NCBI GenBank assembly: GCA_964016885.1 | Contig: OZ024742.1 | Span: 169,880,001-169,944,000 of the forward strand | From: Eledone cirrhosa | Taxonomy: Eukaryota | DNA length: 64,000 nt | Direction of reading: 5' to 3' | Shown here: positions 1-12,569 of the stretch, piece after piece | Numbering within the stretch: position 1 is the stretch's first letter | Layout: every line of letters begins with the position of its first letter | Program-made: the position numbers and the translations under genes | Notes under the pieces: model-generated | What the model saw: the letters and a program-made list of their open reading frames with translations, nothing else | Told to the model about the DNA's origin: nothing | Database searches by the model: none

Positions 1-110
1 GACCAGAGAGTCACTCCTGGTAGAGCCGCTACTTCTCCGAATTGAGAGATCACAACTCCGACATTATGAGCATGTGGTTAGAATGTCTCAGTAAAGAATC
101 GCTGGACACA
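1..110 (+). mobile_element. RTE LINE 3' fragment, near-identical duplicate of 1358-1467
   Basis: Matches 1358-1467 with one visible mismatch; encodes the ...EPLLLRIERSQLR.YEHVVRM RTE C-terminal region. Confidence 0.85.
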
Positions 111-600
111 ATAAATAATTGTTGTGGGTAAAATGATTATGTGGGTAAAATGATTATGTGGGTAAAATGGTAGGTAAAAAAATTATTGTGGGTAAAGTGG
201 TAGGTAAAATAATTATTGTGGGTAAACTGGTAGGTAAAATAATTATTGTGGGTAAAAGGTAGGTAAAATGATTATTGTGGGTAAAGTGGTGGGTTTAATG
301 ATCATTGTGGGTAAAATAATTATTGTGGTTAAAATGGTAGGTAAAAGGATTATTGTGGGTAAAATGGTGGGTGAAATAATTATTATGGGTAAAGTGGTAG
401 GTAAAATAATTAGTGTGGGTAAAGTGGTAGGTAAAATAGTTATTGTGGGTAAAGTGGTGGTTAAAATGATTATTGTGGATAAAAATGTGGGTAAAATGAT
501 TATTGTGGATAAATGGTGCGTAAAATGATTATTGTGGGTAAATGGTGGGTAAAATAATAAATGTGAGTAATCTGGTAGGTAAAATAATTATTGTGGGTAA
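111..600. repeat. ~30-bp minisatellite (ggtaaaataattattgtgggtaaagtggta)
   Basis: aattattgtg recurs at 181, 211, 241; 10-aa periodic ORF. Confidence 0.95.
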
Positions 601-1160
601 AAAAAAGACCCCCCCCCCCACCAAACGGATTCCCCCCAAATAAAAAACGGACCTCCCCAAATAAAAAACGGATCCCCCCAAATAAAAAAATGGATCCATC
701 CCCAAATAAAAAACGGACCCCCCCCCCCCAAATAAAAAACGGATCCATCTCCAAATAAAAAACGGTACGCCCCAAATAAAAAACCGTACGCCCCAAATAA
801 AAAACGGATCCCCCCAAATGAAAAACGTATCCCCCAAAATAAAAAACATGACCCTCCGAATAAAAAACGGATGCCCCTCGAATAAAAAACGGACCCCACC
901 CGAAATAAATAACGGACCCCAAATAAGATGGATTCCCCCAAATAAAAAACAGATCCATCCCAAATAAAAAACGGACCCCACCCAAATAAAAACCGGACCC
1001 CCCCCCCCCCCCGAATAAAAAACGGACCCACAAATAAAAAATGAACCCCCAAATAAGACGGATCCCCCCAAATAAAAAACGGGATCCCTCCCCCATCCGA
1101 ATAAAAAACGGACCCCACCTGAAATAAAAAATGGACCCCCAAATAAGACGGATCACCCCA
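601..1160. repeat. ~21-bp minisatellite (aaataaaaaacggatcccccc), G-run-rich on minus strand
   Basis: Direct inspection; periodic ORFs in three minus-strand frames. Confidence 0.95.
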
Positions 1161-1262
1161 GATTCTTAATCGACACAGAAGTAGAAGTCAGTGTCGTCCC
1201 GGCGTCTGCAAACGACCTCTGTTATGGAGAGGGGAGCCAGTGGCGCTGCTAATGATTCTACA
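1161..1262 (+). pseudogene. Ty3/Gypsy-type aspartic protease relic
   Basis: Reads FLIDTEVEVSVVP and, after a frameshift, AANDST; resembles FLIDTGAEVSVIP...AANG(S/T) of Gypsy retropepsins. Confidence 0.6.
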
Positions 1263-1676
1263 AGCAAAAGAATACAATTGCAAATAAAAGTGGCAGAAAT
1301 GGGGTTCCTCCGAAGGGTCTTTGGAGTAACGTTACTCGATAAAGTGCATAACTCAGAGACCAGAGAGTCACTCCTGGTAGAGCCGCTACTTCTCCGAATT
1401 GAGAGATCACAACTCCGATATTATGAGCATGTGGTTAGAATGTCTCAGTAAAGAATCGCTGGACACATTTTACAGGCAAAACCAACCGTCAAGAGACCCA
1501 GAGGTAGACCCTGAGCAAGATAGTTGGATAACATCCATGAGCTTGGTTGGTCACGCTTTGGGATCCAGTTGCATTAATTAGAGATGTTTGTTACTGACAC
1601 TCTCGCTGGAAGGAGTGTTTGAGAAGGACCCAGGCCCCCCACGACTCTCTCAGAAATAAGTGGGCGAAGAAGAAGA
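1263..1676 (+). mobile_element. RTE LINE 3' fragment with (GAA)n tail
   Basis: RIQ..AEMGFLRR..G.T.LD, RPRGRP C-terminal motifs; ends gaagaagaag. Confidence 0.85.
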
Positions 1677-1783
1677 TATTGTCAATTTACTTTTCAATTT
1701 ACATATATATATTTGCGTATAATACCAATATGCACACTACATATGCTAGCAGAAAACCAGCCGAAGGGCGTTTTTACTGCTAG
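1677..1783 (+). mobile_element. Helitron 3' end (family A, palindromic terminus)
   Basis: ctagcagaaaaccagccgaagggcgtttttactgctag|t; upstream part similar to 38820-38914 and reverse complement of 33092-33210. Confidence 0.7.
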
Positions 1784-1819
1784 TTTAATTAATTGATCAT
1801 GTAGCATAATTTCTGCACA

Positions 1820-3410
1820 AGTGAGAGTGGGGATACTCACAAGCCTCTGGCAGTCAAAATGTGTTATGGACTAGATACCATTAGGAGAGAGGATTCTTGA
1901 AGCTTAGGCTGAAAAGATAGATCTCTGTGGGTGGTACATGTTTATGCACCAAACAAGGAGTCCGAATACAGGTCCTTCCTTGATAAAGTAAGAGCAGCAT
2001 TAGATGTAGTTACGACTGAATCATAGATCCTAGTGGGAGACGTCAATGCACATGTTGACACTGGCCGGCGACTTTTGAGTTAAGCAGGAATCCGACTTCA
2101 TATCAACAAAAAAAGTGTTCTGGCAAACCATCCACCGACTTCGTAATAAAAATCCTCTTCCACATTTACTATCAGGAATGAGTCTGAAGTTCTCTCCAGG
2201 GAGGTGTATCCTCACGAGGTGAGAAAATACTTTGCTGATCTCCTAAACCCGATCGCAACAATATCTTCTGATGTACCCAAGGTGCATCTGAGAGCGATGA
2301 CTAATATCTCAGAGGCTGAGGTCACAAGAGCAATTAAAGAGCTTAAATGTGGCAAGGCTGCTGAGGATGTGCCCGAGATATTAAAATCCTTAAATATAGA
2401 AGGTATTCTCTGACTGCACTTAATTCAGCCACCTGCTTCCATCATTCGTGAACACGGCCCTGGGATACTTGAAGTTCTCCACCTGCTTCAGTGGAACTCC
2501 ACTCACATGTAGCGTGCACTGCACAGGCTTCCTTGCGAGGACGAGTGTCTCAGTTTTCGCAGCATTGGCTTTCATTCTAGCCATGCAGCACTTGGCATCA
2601 AACCTATCAAGTGCAAGTCAGAGATCACCTTCTGTCGAGTTAAATAATACCATGTCGTCTGCAAATTCATGCCGACTGGTTCTATACCAACAAGTCGTGA
2701 TACCACTTCCAGCCCGGCTGTGCATGTCAATCTTGTTCATGAAAATAATGAACAGGAGAGGTGACAGTACGCACCCTTGTTGGAATCCGACTGCCACATT
2801 GAATAGTTTTGATTTAGCACCATTTATCCGAACACATACACCCAGGCATTCGTATAGAGACATCAGGGCAACAAGAAACTGACCATTGATCCCATACTCC
2901 TGCTAAACCTCCCACAGCAGGTCCCGTGAAATGCAGCCATATGTATTTTCGGGGTCTACAATGCAAGAAGGGGGTAGGTGTAAAAGTCAAACTCGTTATC
3001 TTCAATTCGGTATTCAGGCTAACCCTTACCTATGGTCATGAACTTTTGGTAATGACCGAAAGAATACGATTGCGAATACAAGTGGCCGAAATGGGGTTCC
3101 TCCGAAGGGTCTTTAAAGCAACGTTACTCGATAGAGTGCCTAGGTCAGAGATCAGAGGATCGCTCCAAGTAGAGCCGCTACTTCTTTGAATTGAGAGATC
3201 GCAGCTCCGATACTATGGGCATGTAGTTAGAATGTCTCAGGAAAGAATCGCTGGACAGATTTTACGGGCAAAACCAACCGACAGGAGACCTAGGCGGATC
3301 AGTTGGAAACTGTTGCTACTGACAGGACCCGCTGGAAGGAGTGTTTGAGGACTAATGACTCCCACGACCCTCTCAGGAATAAGTGGGCAAAGAAGAAGAA
3401 AAAGAAGAAG
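1820..3410 (+). mobile_element. Decayed RTE LINE with internally inverted RT segment (2415-2925 on minus)
   Basis: Plus strand: endonuclease remnants (LVGDVNAHV) and GKAA.D.PE.LK. Minus strand: QGCVLSPLLF/FADD. Plus strand again: LTYGHE...AEMGFLRR, (GAA)n tail. Confidence 0.85.
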
Positions 3411-3963
3411 AATCGTCTCGAGTACTGGATCGATAGTTATTTTATCGACCTCGATGAAAGGCAAAGTTGGTCGGCAAGATTTGAACTCAGAGCACAGAGA
3501 GCAAGAATGAATACCACAAAGCATTCTATACGACGTTCTAACGACTGCTAATTCATCACATTCAAGGCATGATATTTTACGTTAAACCAGTAAAGTGATA
3601 AGAAGCAAAACATCTTTGTGTACGTACAATGAAAGGGCAGTGATGATGATAGCGTTTATGATGATTATAATGATGATGATGATGATGATGAGGAGGAGGA
3701 GGAGGAGGAGGAGGAGGAGGAGGAGGAGGGGGTGACGATAAAGATAATGATTACCTAAACATTTGTTTCTTACTAAAATTGATTTGTCGATTTGCGTGCT
3801 AGCGTCTAAGGGAAGCTACTCTGTTACATCATTATTTACCATTTACTAGTAACGTCCCTTTGAACCACAAATAGAAACAATTATTTACCATTTACTAGTA
3901 ACGTCCCTTTGAACCACAAGTAGAAATTTGAACCACAAGAAATCATTCATTTACCCAAATAAT

Positions 3964-4180
3964 GGTTTCTTATATAGGCACAAGGCCAGCAATTTTAGGG
4001 GAGGGGAAAGTCGATTAAATCGACCCCAGTACGTGACTGGTACTTTATTTTATCGACCCTATAAGGATGAAAGGCAAAGTTAACCTCGGCGAGATTTGAA
4101 CTCTGATCGTAAAGGGCCGTAACTCTATGCTGCAAAGCATAGCGCCCGACTCTCTATCGATACTGCCAATCCACCACCCT
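3964..4180 (-). mobile_element. tRNA-derived SINE (family 1)
   Basis: A box TGGCAGTATCG, B box GAGTTCAAATC, central gcctttcatcct..gggtcgataaaataaagtaccag (Nin/Deu-like domain, from memory); 16-bp TSD catttacccaaataat. Confidence 0.9.
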
Positions 4181-4208
4181 CATTTACCCAAATAATAAAA
4201 AGGAATTG

Positions 4209-4794
4209 CTGTATATACTCGAATATGAGGCAATCCGAATATAAGCCGACCCTATTTTATGTCAGAAATGTTAACTTTCGGCCACTCCCATGCTAGGAGT
4301 ATTTTGAAAGCAAAAGATCGAATAAGAGAACTTTATATAGGGAGGGATTCATATAGTAGAAGGGGGCGGAAGAGACAGCTAGTGAGAGTGAGGAGATGCA
4401 GAGCAAGAAAAAGAGAGGGCGAGAAAGGAGAGAAAGAGAGAGCAATAAAGTAAAATCAGAAGTCGGATTCAAAGAAAGAATATTGTCAGAGAAAAATATG
4501 TATATGTGTGTGTGTGCACGTGTGCATTTGTGTATGCGCGCGTGGACGTGCGAATATATGCAAAGGTAATGCATAAATAACACCAATAGCGATGTAGTAA
4601 ATGTAATAAAAATAGTGTTTCATTGTAAAATAACCACTCTAGATATGTTAGCACTTTATTAACGTAGAATTTGGTGTTGGTGAAAATCATCAAAATATTG
4701 AATATAAGCCGATGCCAGCACCCCCCCCCCCCCGCATTTTACCGCTGATTTCTTTTTGTCACATATTCCTCGACTTATATTCTAATATATACGG
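4209..4794. mobile_element. Tc1/mariner (Tc2/pogo-like) non-autonomous element
   Basis: Imperfect TIRs ctgtatatactcgaatat / atattctaatatatacgg|ta; internal gaatataagccga repeats. Confidence 0.65.
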
Positions 4795-5070
4795 TAAATA
4801 GAAAAAGAAGGCCTTTTGTATATTTAAAAAAATTTCTATTGCTTGTTCTTGTTGCGAGTAGAAAGTTAGAGTTTTTATAAAGTTGTTTTCTAAATCTCAG
4901 TACTAAACCTAGTGCTTCTCCCCTACCCATTTGGAGATGGACATGGTTTTTTTAATTTAATTAAGCATACAAATATACAAAAATTTATATCTTTAAAAAG
5001 CGGAATAAAGTGGGGGAAGATCTGCCCACTCAATCACACAGTAACCCATGCTAAACTGCCTTCTCAAAAT

Positions 5071-5465
5071 GAAAGGACAGTCCTCTCTTTAGAAACGACA
5101 GTCCTGTTCTAAAAAGGACAGTCTAGCTTTAGAAAAGACAGTTCTGCTCTAGAAGGACACTTACATCAAAAAGGACAGTCCTGCTTCTCAAAATGAAAGC
5201 AGGACTGTCCTTTTTGATGTAAGTGTCCTTCTAGAGCAGGACTGTCTTTTCTAAAGCTAGACTGTCCTTTTTAGAACAGGACTGTCGTTTCTAAAGAGAG
5301 TACTGTCCTTTCTAAAGCAGGACTGTCCTTTCTAAAGAGAGGTCTGTCCTTTCTAAAGAGTGGACTCTCCATACTAAAGAGAGGCCTGTCCTTTTTAAAA
5401 CAGGACAGTCCTTTCTAAAGAGAGGGCTGTCCGTACTAAAGAGAGGACTGTCTTTTCTAAAACAG
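5071..5465. repeat. 20-bp minisatellite containing a 116-bp-arm inverted repeat
   Basis: Arms 5071-5186 and 5197-5312 are reverse complements with 2 visible mismatches. Confidence 0.95.
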
Positions 5466-5699
5466 ACCTATTTATTTATTTATTTGTTTGGTGCTTTCTC
5501 TCACTTTACTGGGTTGATGTAAAATATCATGCCTAATGTCAGATAGAATGCTTTGAATTATTTGCTCTCGCTTGCTCTCTGTGTTCAAATTTCTCAAAAG
5601 TTAACTTCGCCTTTCACTGTTTTGGGCTCTGTAAAATAAAAGTTGTATACTTGGGGCTATTCTTCCTTTATATCTGTTTCTCACTTCCACACTCCACTC

Positions 5700-6690
5700 T
5701 TCCTAGAGCTAGATGTTAAGTGGGTGGTCCTGGATGTGAACGATAGTGAATGTGGTGCTTTATGGCTTGTGGATGTCTATACCCTGACTAAGGCAGGATG
5801 GCTCAATTTTTTCAGGTTTCTAGAAGCCTTTCATAAAACATTTCACCCTTTACTATAGGTTGGGGACTGGGATGGCATCTGTGAGGGAGTAGCTGATAGA
5901 AGAGTCTGGTGCAAATATATCAAAAATCTGATCAGATGGGTACCAACTAGATTTCCTAAATATATCAGTGTAGACATGGAACAAACATATACGGACATCT
6001 AGACTAGCAGATAGGGACAGCATAGGATGCCCGCAATTACAAATAGTCTCCTGTTCAGACCACAAGCTTGTAATCTGCATGGTTGGCTTAGATAGAACAC
6101 AGACAGTCGCCTGGTTACAGGAAGCTTAACACATCGTTCCTGGTGTATAAAGACTATAGAGATTGAATTAGCTAATTAGTTAAGCAACAATTGACTGGGC
6201 AACCATCAACATTAGGTAGTAGTGCACTCAGGAGAGTGATTAGTATAGAATCAATAGCTTTTAATAAAGTAGCAATAAAAAAAAAAAGACAGAGGGGAAA
6301 TTAGTAGCTAAACTAGAAGAGGCACTTATGAGAGGCATTGCAATGAATGTGCTAGCTGTAAGAATGGCACTAGACCATTTCTTCAATGCAAAACATGAAA
6401 GTTGCATTGTCAGAGCTAAAACACATGCTCTGATACATGAGGGAACAAATGCGGTTTGATGGGTCTAAGTGACAGAGGCTCAGCATGGAAACAAAGCCAC
6501 AATTCAGTTTTTGGTGGATCAGGATAGGTGTATGCTGCTTGATTCTAACCAAATGTGTGCAGCCTTCCTGCAACACTTTGCACAACTATTTGGGACAAGC
6601 AGGGAGGACAAAGATGGTGGTAAACTATAGTACTTACCTCAACAGCCAGCCATGACTCTCATCAGAAGATGCAGAGTGCTACAAAATACT
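5700..6690 (+). pseudogene. Tx1/L1-clade LINE ORF2 relic (APE endonuclease and linker)
   Basis: VVLDV...LVDVY..., VGDWDGI, SDHKLV, PGYRKLNTSFL (cf. GYWKLNTSLL), CIVRAK; many stops and frameshifts. Confidence 0.7.
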
Positions 6691-6707
6691 GATAACAGCA
6701 GCTGAAA

Positions 6708-6900
6708 TATTGGTTTCTACTATTGGCACAAGGCCAGCAAATTTTTTTTTGGGGGGGGGGGGTCAATTAAATCAACTCCAGTGCATTACAGGTGCTTTAT
6801 TTTATCGAGCCCATAAGGATGAAAGGCAAAAGGCCATAACTCTATGCTGCAAAGCATGCTGTCCAACACTCTACCGATTCTGTCAATCCAACGCCCTGCA
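6708..6900 (-). mobile_element. tRNA-derived SINE (family 1)
   Basis: Same central domain and tail as 3964-4180; flanked by cagctgaaata direct repeats. Confidence 0.8.
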
Positions 6901-7125
6901 GCTGAAATAATAATAATACATGTGCAAAAATTAAGCATCAGTTCAGGCTGATGGATTACCAAAATCATTAATGTGTTCAACAAAATTCTTTGCTGTATTT
7001 GTTCTGGCTCATTGTAATTAAAATTCTGTTATTATTAACCCTTTCATCCTTACGGGGTCGATAAAATAAAGTACCAGTAATGCACTGAGTAATTGCTGGC
7101 CTTGTGCCTAAAGTAGAAACAATTA

Positions 7126-7320
7126 TTAACCCTTTAGCATTTAAACCAGCCATATCCACCAGAATGTTCTCACCTCTTTCTATTCAAACCGGTTATAAGC
7201 AGCTGCTCATACTTAAATTAAGGTATTGTTCTCAAAATAAATAACATCAAAATCTTGTAGATTTGATATTACCACAACAATACAAAAGTAAATATAGAGT
7301 AGTAAATGCTAAAGGGTTAA
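7126..7320. mobile_element. piggyBac-like MITE (TTAA-CCCTTT...AAAGGG-TTAA)
   Basis: TIR ttaaccctttagcattt / aaatgctaaagggttaa; related copies at 8404-8630, 29075-29291, 57190-57420. Confidence 0.75.
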
Positions 7321-7344
7321 GGCAGTGAAAGGGAGATGAATGAC

Positions 7345-7780
7345 AACTGACATCTGGCAACTGACTTGGTAAACACCCACAAAATTATTAATCATCTTGC
7401 CAACAACAACCCTGAGCACCTTTTTGAATTCCATGTGTCTAACACACGTGAGCATGCCAACAAAGTCAGAAAACATACAGCTCTCATGACTTTCAGAAAC
7501 ATTTTTTCATACTCAGAGTTGCTGAAGCATGGAACAAACCACCTGCATCAGTTATTAGCTGCCGAGACACTGCATCCTTTAAAACCTCCATGCTTCCTGA
7601 AATTCGCCAACACTACACCTGATATCCCCCCCCCCTCCATGCACACGCACACATGTATATCATGACTCATACACTGTTCACTTTCCTGACATTTGTACAT
7701 TATTCAATGTACTATACATGCACCTTTGGTGAGTTGTAGTGCACCTGAGCACTTTACACAATAATTTCATTATTATTATT
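7345..7780 (+). mobile_element. CR1-clade LINE 3' fragment
   Basis: Homologous to the 13152-13838 ORF C-terminus; (ATT)n tail. Confidence 0.85.
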
Positions 7781-8403
7781 TTATTTAGTATAGAGTGCAG
7801 GACAAAGTATCTCATAGTGTTTAGTTACAGCTCTTTACATCATGAGCTGTTCATAGGGCATTACAACTTGTCAGAAACAGTAGCATGTTAGACTAAACGT
7901 GTTAATATATTAAGTTTCACCCTAAGTTAAAAATCACAATTGGATTGGCACTGTCTTTGATTCATCAGATGTCAATAAATAAACACCAGTTAATTACTGG
8001 GACAATTCGATCAGCTGTACTTGTTTGTCATCATCCTCGTCATCATCATCATCCACTACCTTCATCATCATCCTCATCATCATCACCACCACCACCATCA
8101 TCATCATCATCCTCATCACCACCACCACCTGACCCTTTGAATTCCAGGTACAATCCATTCAATGGACTTCCAAGTAGTTTCCATGTACACAATTTCCCTT
8201 ATAAGACATGATTCACCTGAGGCTATGGTAAATGACCTTTGCCCAAGATTCCATGCAGTGGGATTGAACCCAGGACTAATAATTGTGAAGCAGACTTCTT
8301 AACCATTTGGCTATTCTGTGTTCACTATCTTAAACCTAAGACAAAAAGGATTCCATAAAGAGAAATATCAAGGAATCCTTCAAAACAGGAAGTTCATGGG
8401 CCC

Positions 8404-8630
8404 TTAACTTCTAATGTTCAAACCAGCCAAAACCGGCCAGAATTCTCTACTTCTTTCTGTTGAAACTGGCTGTAACTGGTCGCTCAAACTAATGTTAAAG
8501 TATTGTTCTCAAAATAAATACTTTCAAAATCTCATAGATTCAATATTATGTGAGATAACTATGTGAGGTAAAGCCTTTCCCATGAAAATATAATAGTATA
8601 TATAGAGTAATGTGAATGCTAAAGGGTTAA
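8404..8630. mobile_element. piggyBac-like MITE
   Basis: Internal similarity to 7126-7320; ends aatgctaaagggttaa. Confidence 0.7.
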
Positions 8631-9485
8631 GCTTGGCTGATCCCATCCATTTCCAGGTCTGAACACAGCCAATTTCTTCCAAATAAGGAGAAAGAAAAAG
8701 ATTGAGTGAAAAGAGAGAAAGAGAGTATAGAGGAAGAATTAACCCTAGTATTGAACTGGTATTTTATCAACCTTGAAAGGCTGAAAGGCAAAGTTAACCT
8801 TGGCAAGATTTGAACTGAGAGTGAAGAAAGTCAGAAGAAATACTGCAATGTGTTCTATCCAGCATTTAATAAATCTGTCATTTCATCACCTTAACAAGAA
8901 GTAAGATTCACAAATTATAAGCTGGATTTATACAAAGATAGAAGAGATAGACAGTTACTTTGACTATTTCATCATCGTTTTATGTCCACATTTCCATGCT
9001 GACATAGGTTTGAATGTGATGGTTTGAGGCAATGTTTTACAGCTGGATGCCCTTCCAGAAAACAACCCTTTTTGTCATAACAACATGTATAATAAAAATG
9101 GTGACAATAATGATAAAAATCATGATGACAATGAAAATAAATTTTTTTTTTCTTAATTAGCAGAGTATATAAAATCGTATCTTTTTTATTTGTTCCAATC
9201 AACTTTTCCTAATTAATCTAAGATATTTTTGTATTGTGAGAATTCTGAGTATTTTTAGAAATATCTCATTTAGTGACAGTAGTGAGAAATACAGTAAAAG
9301 AGAATTCTCAGGGTATAAAACAGGGTATGAGAAGAGGGAGAGAGGGTAATTAAAGACAGCATTGACTAAAGCTTTGTCAAATAGTCAAAGAATTGTTGTA
9401 GTATCAGTAACTCTTACTTTTCACTGTTAATATTTCTTGATTGATATCATTTCTTGTATTGGTAAAGACGGCTTTGTTTGCTTTC

Positions 9486-10020
9486 ATGTGTGTGTGTGTG
9501 TGTGCATGTGTAGGTGTATGTGTAGGTGTGTGCGTATGTGTAGGTGTGCTTGTAGGTGTAGCTGAACTTGTAGGTGTCTGTACTTGTAGAGGTGTGCTTA
9601 TAAGTGTAAATATGTATGCGTGTTTGTGTGTTTGTGTGTATGTGAATATGTTTGTGTGTATATGTGTTTGTTAGTATGTGTGTATGTGTGTATGTGAATA
9701 TGTGTGTATATGTATAAATATGTTTGTGTTGTGTGGTTGTGTGTATGTGTGTGTATGTGTGTGTATGAATGTATATGAGCATGTATGTATATATATATAT
9801 ATGCATGTGAATGTGTTTGTGTGTATATGTGTGTGCTTGTGTGTTATATGAATCTGTATGTGCGTGCAAATATGTGTGCATGTATACATGTATGTATAAA
9901 TGCTTGCTGGGTGTTTTAATTTTACATGTGGGTAAAAGGGAGAGCGAGAGAGTAAGAAAGAAATAGTGTGTGTGTGAATGTATGTGAATATGTGTGTGAA
10001 TGTTTGTGAATGTGTGTGTA
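9486..10020. repeat. Degenerate (TG)n/(TA)n microsatellite tract
   Basis: Direct inspection. Confidence 0.95.
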
Positions 10021-10164
10021 CATTGGTAAATTGGTAACGCTGGTATCATGATATAGTGCACCCAGTACACTCTGTAAAATGGTAGTAATGGTGTCATAAT
10101 AAAATGCACCCAGTAAACTCTGTAAAGTGGTAGTGCTGATGCTACAATAAAATATACCCTGTTG

Positions 10165-10470
10165 AGGTGGTGATGGTGGTGATGGTGGTGGTGGTAGTGA
10201 TGGTGGTGATGGTGATGGTGGTGTTGGTGGTGGTGGTGGTGGTAGCAGCGGTGGTGATGGTGGTTGTGATGGTGGTGGTAATGATGGTGATTGTGGTGAT
10301 GGTGATGATGCTGATGATGATGGTGTTGGTGGTGGTGGTGGTGATGGTGGTTGTGATGGTGTTGGTGGTGATGATGATGATGATGGTGGTTGTGGTGATG
10401 ATGATGACGATGGTGGTGGTGGTGGTGGTAACGTTGTTGTTGGCGGTGGTGGTTGTGGTGGTGGTAGTGG
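10165..10470. repeat. (GGT/GAT)n trinucleotide microsatellite
   Basis: Direct inspection. Confidence 0.95.
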
Positions 10471-10904
10471 CTGACAGCATGACAGACTCACTATATATTC
10501 CAGTCACTGTTGTGTCTGTGTGTCATTGTCCCACCATTATAACTTTTAAAAGCTAACCAACACAACCTGTGTTAAATGTTCCAACATATTTATAAAACAC
10601 CATCTCAGAATCTATACATCTTTTATATTCTTTTCTTAAATATTACCAAGTTATATATTTTAAAGTATATATTTTTGTTATTTGGAAGATTATAATGGTT
10701 TTGAGAGTGTAGCATTAATGAATTTAACCTTTTCGGCTTTTATAGCTTTGTATTGGTAAATACCATAGCATTAAGAGATGTAACCAAGTGAAAATTTGTA
10801 TCTTTGTCAGCATGAAAATTGATTTCTTTACAGAATTATACACATTCTAAACTAAAGTATTTCTCATAGTTTATTACTTTTATAAGTTGAATTTCTTCTT
10901 CTGA

Positions 10905-11780
10905 ATAGGTGACCGAATTAGCAGCGGAGGTGGGTGTTCGGAAAGTACAATAACTAAGGTAAGAACGGGATGGAAGAAGTTCAGGGAGCTACTGCCACTG
11001 CTAGCTGCAAAAGGCTTTTCCCTCAAAATGAAAGGCAGACTGTATGATGCGTGTATACGAACAGCAATGTTACATGGTAGTGAGACCTGGGCGCTGTCTG
11101 TGGAAGACTTGCACAGATTAGAAAGAAATGAAGCTTGCATGCTCCGATGGATGTGTAATAGTAATATACGTGAACGGCAAAGCATAAACGAATTGAGAGA
11201 GAGACTGAGCAATTAAATGCTGTGTACAGGAGAGGTGGTAGCGTTGGTATGGAAATGTGATGTGCATGAAGGATGACAGCTGCATAAAAAGGTGCAGAGC
11301 ACTAGAAGTCGATGGAAACCGCGGAGTGGGGAGACCCAAGAAGACCTGGGATGAGGTGATAAAAGCCGACCTTACCCAATTACACCTCTCAAAGGCGATG
11401 ACACACGACCGTGACCTCTAGCGTCACGCAGTAATACAGAAGACCCGACCCCCCACGGGTACAAGCCGAAGCTGAAGCATATAGACAATATGCCCCCACA
11501 CCCTCCCACTGCAAAGTGGTCATGGAGGTGCCACGGCAAAAATGCACCCAGCCTACACTGTAAAGTGGACGTGTAGGCGCCACAGAAAAAAGCACCCAGC
11601 ACTCACTGTAAATGAAGTTGGTGTTAGGAAGGGCATCCAGCTGTAGAAATCAAGCCAGAACCAGTTCCCGTATGAGCAAGGCATGGTCAGCCAACCGGCT
11701 ACTGCCCACAACAGGATAACCCATCTAACCCATGCTAGCGTGAAAGAACGGACGTAAAATGGTGATAATGATGATGATAA
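10905..11780 (+). mobile_element. RTE LINE 3' fragment (PHD-bearing family) with long 3' UTR
   Basis: GWKKFRELLPLL...KGRLYDACIRTAMLHGSETW; GRPKKTW; 3' UTR cassette ending in (GAT)n. Confidence 0.9.
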
Positions 11781-12514
11781 CATATTGAGTGTTGAAGGCA
11801 TAATTATATATATATTGAGTGCTACTGGTAACATGTAACCCAGTACAACCTGTCACATGGTCGGGTCATCAGCGACTAAACTGGCAACCCCACCAAGTTT
11901 ACTTGATGAGGCGGGTGATTTTGGGCACCCTGCAGGACAAAAAACAAAACCTGACAAAGGGCGGAAGAACTCATAAGACTCAACGGCCATCCAAAAGTGT
12001 GTAAATATGTATATACACATGTACATATGTATGTATATGTATATGTGTATATACATGGGTGCTTGTGCATGTATATGTGCGGGGACATAGAAATAGTCTG
12101 GCTGGACACCCGATCACGCAGTTAAACCACTGGGAGTTTCTCAGGGCATTCTTCTAGGAGAAGGCAACTCAGGAAACTGTGATAACTCCGATATAAAACC
12201 TGCGGCTCAGTAGTTACCGATGATGTTGATCTTTTCTTCTTTTCAGGTTATAGCTACTGTCGCTCAGAGAGTGGGATTGGCTCAGTGCACAGTCTTTCCT
12301 CACTTTAAAAAATATCTTCACGCACAGGCATTGCACGATAGAATTAATTAATAATTATTAATAATGGTATATCGTCCAATGGCCATACTCGATAATAAGG
12401 GGGCAGCCATCATATATATATGTATATGCATATATGTATGTATGTATATGTGTATGTATGTATATGTGTATGTATGTATATGTATATGTATATGTGTGTA
12501 TGTATGTATATGTG

Positions 12515-12566
<52 letters not shown>

Positions 12567-12569
12567 CCC

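Noticed and set aside
268-1156. Long overlapping ORFs (86-218 aa)
   Set aside because: Translations of stop-free minisatellite units
3831-3940. 49-bp tandem duplication
   Set aside because: Ordinary local slippage duplication with no further structure
4285-4330. ILKAKDRIRE resembling a Tigger/pogo N-terminal HTH
   Set aside because: Too short to support a transposase call
9441-10556. His/Thr-, Pro/Ser- and Val/Met-rich ORFs
   Set aside because: Di- and trinucleotide microsatellites
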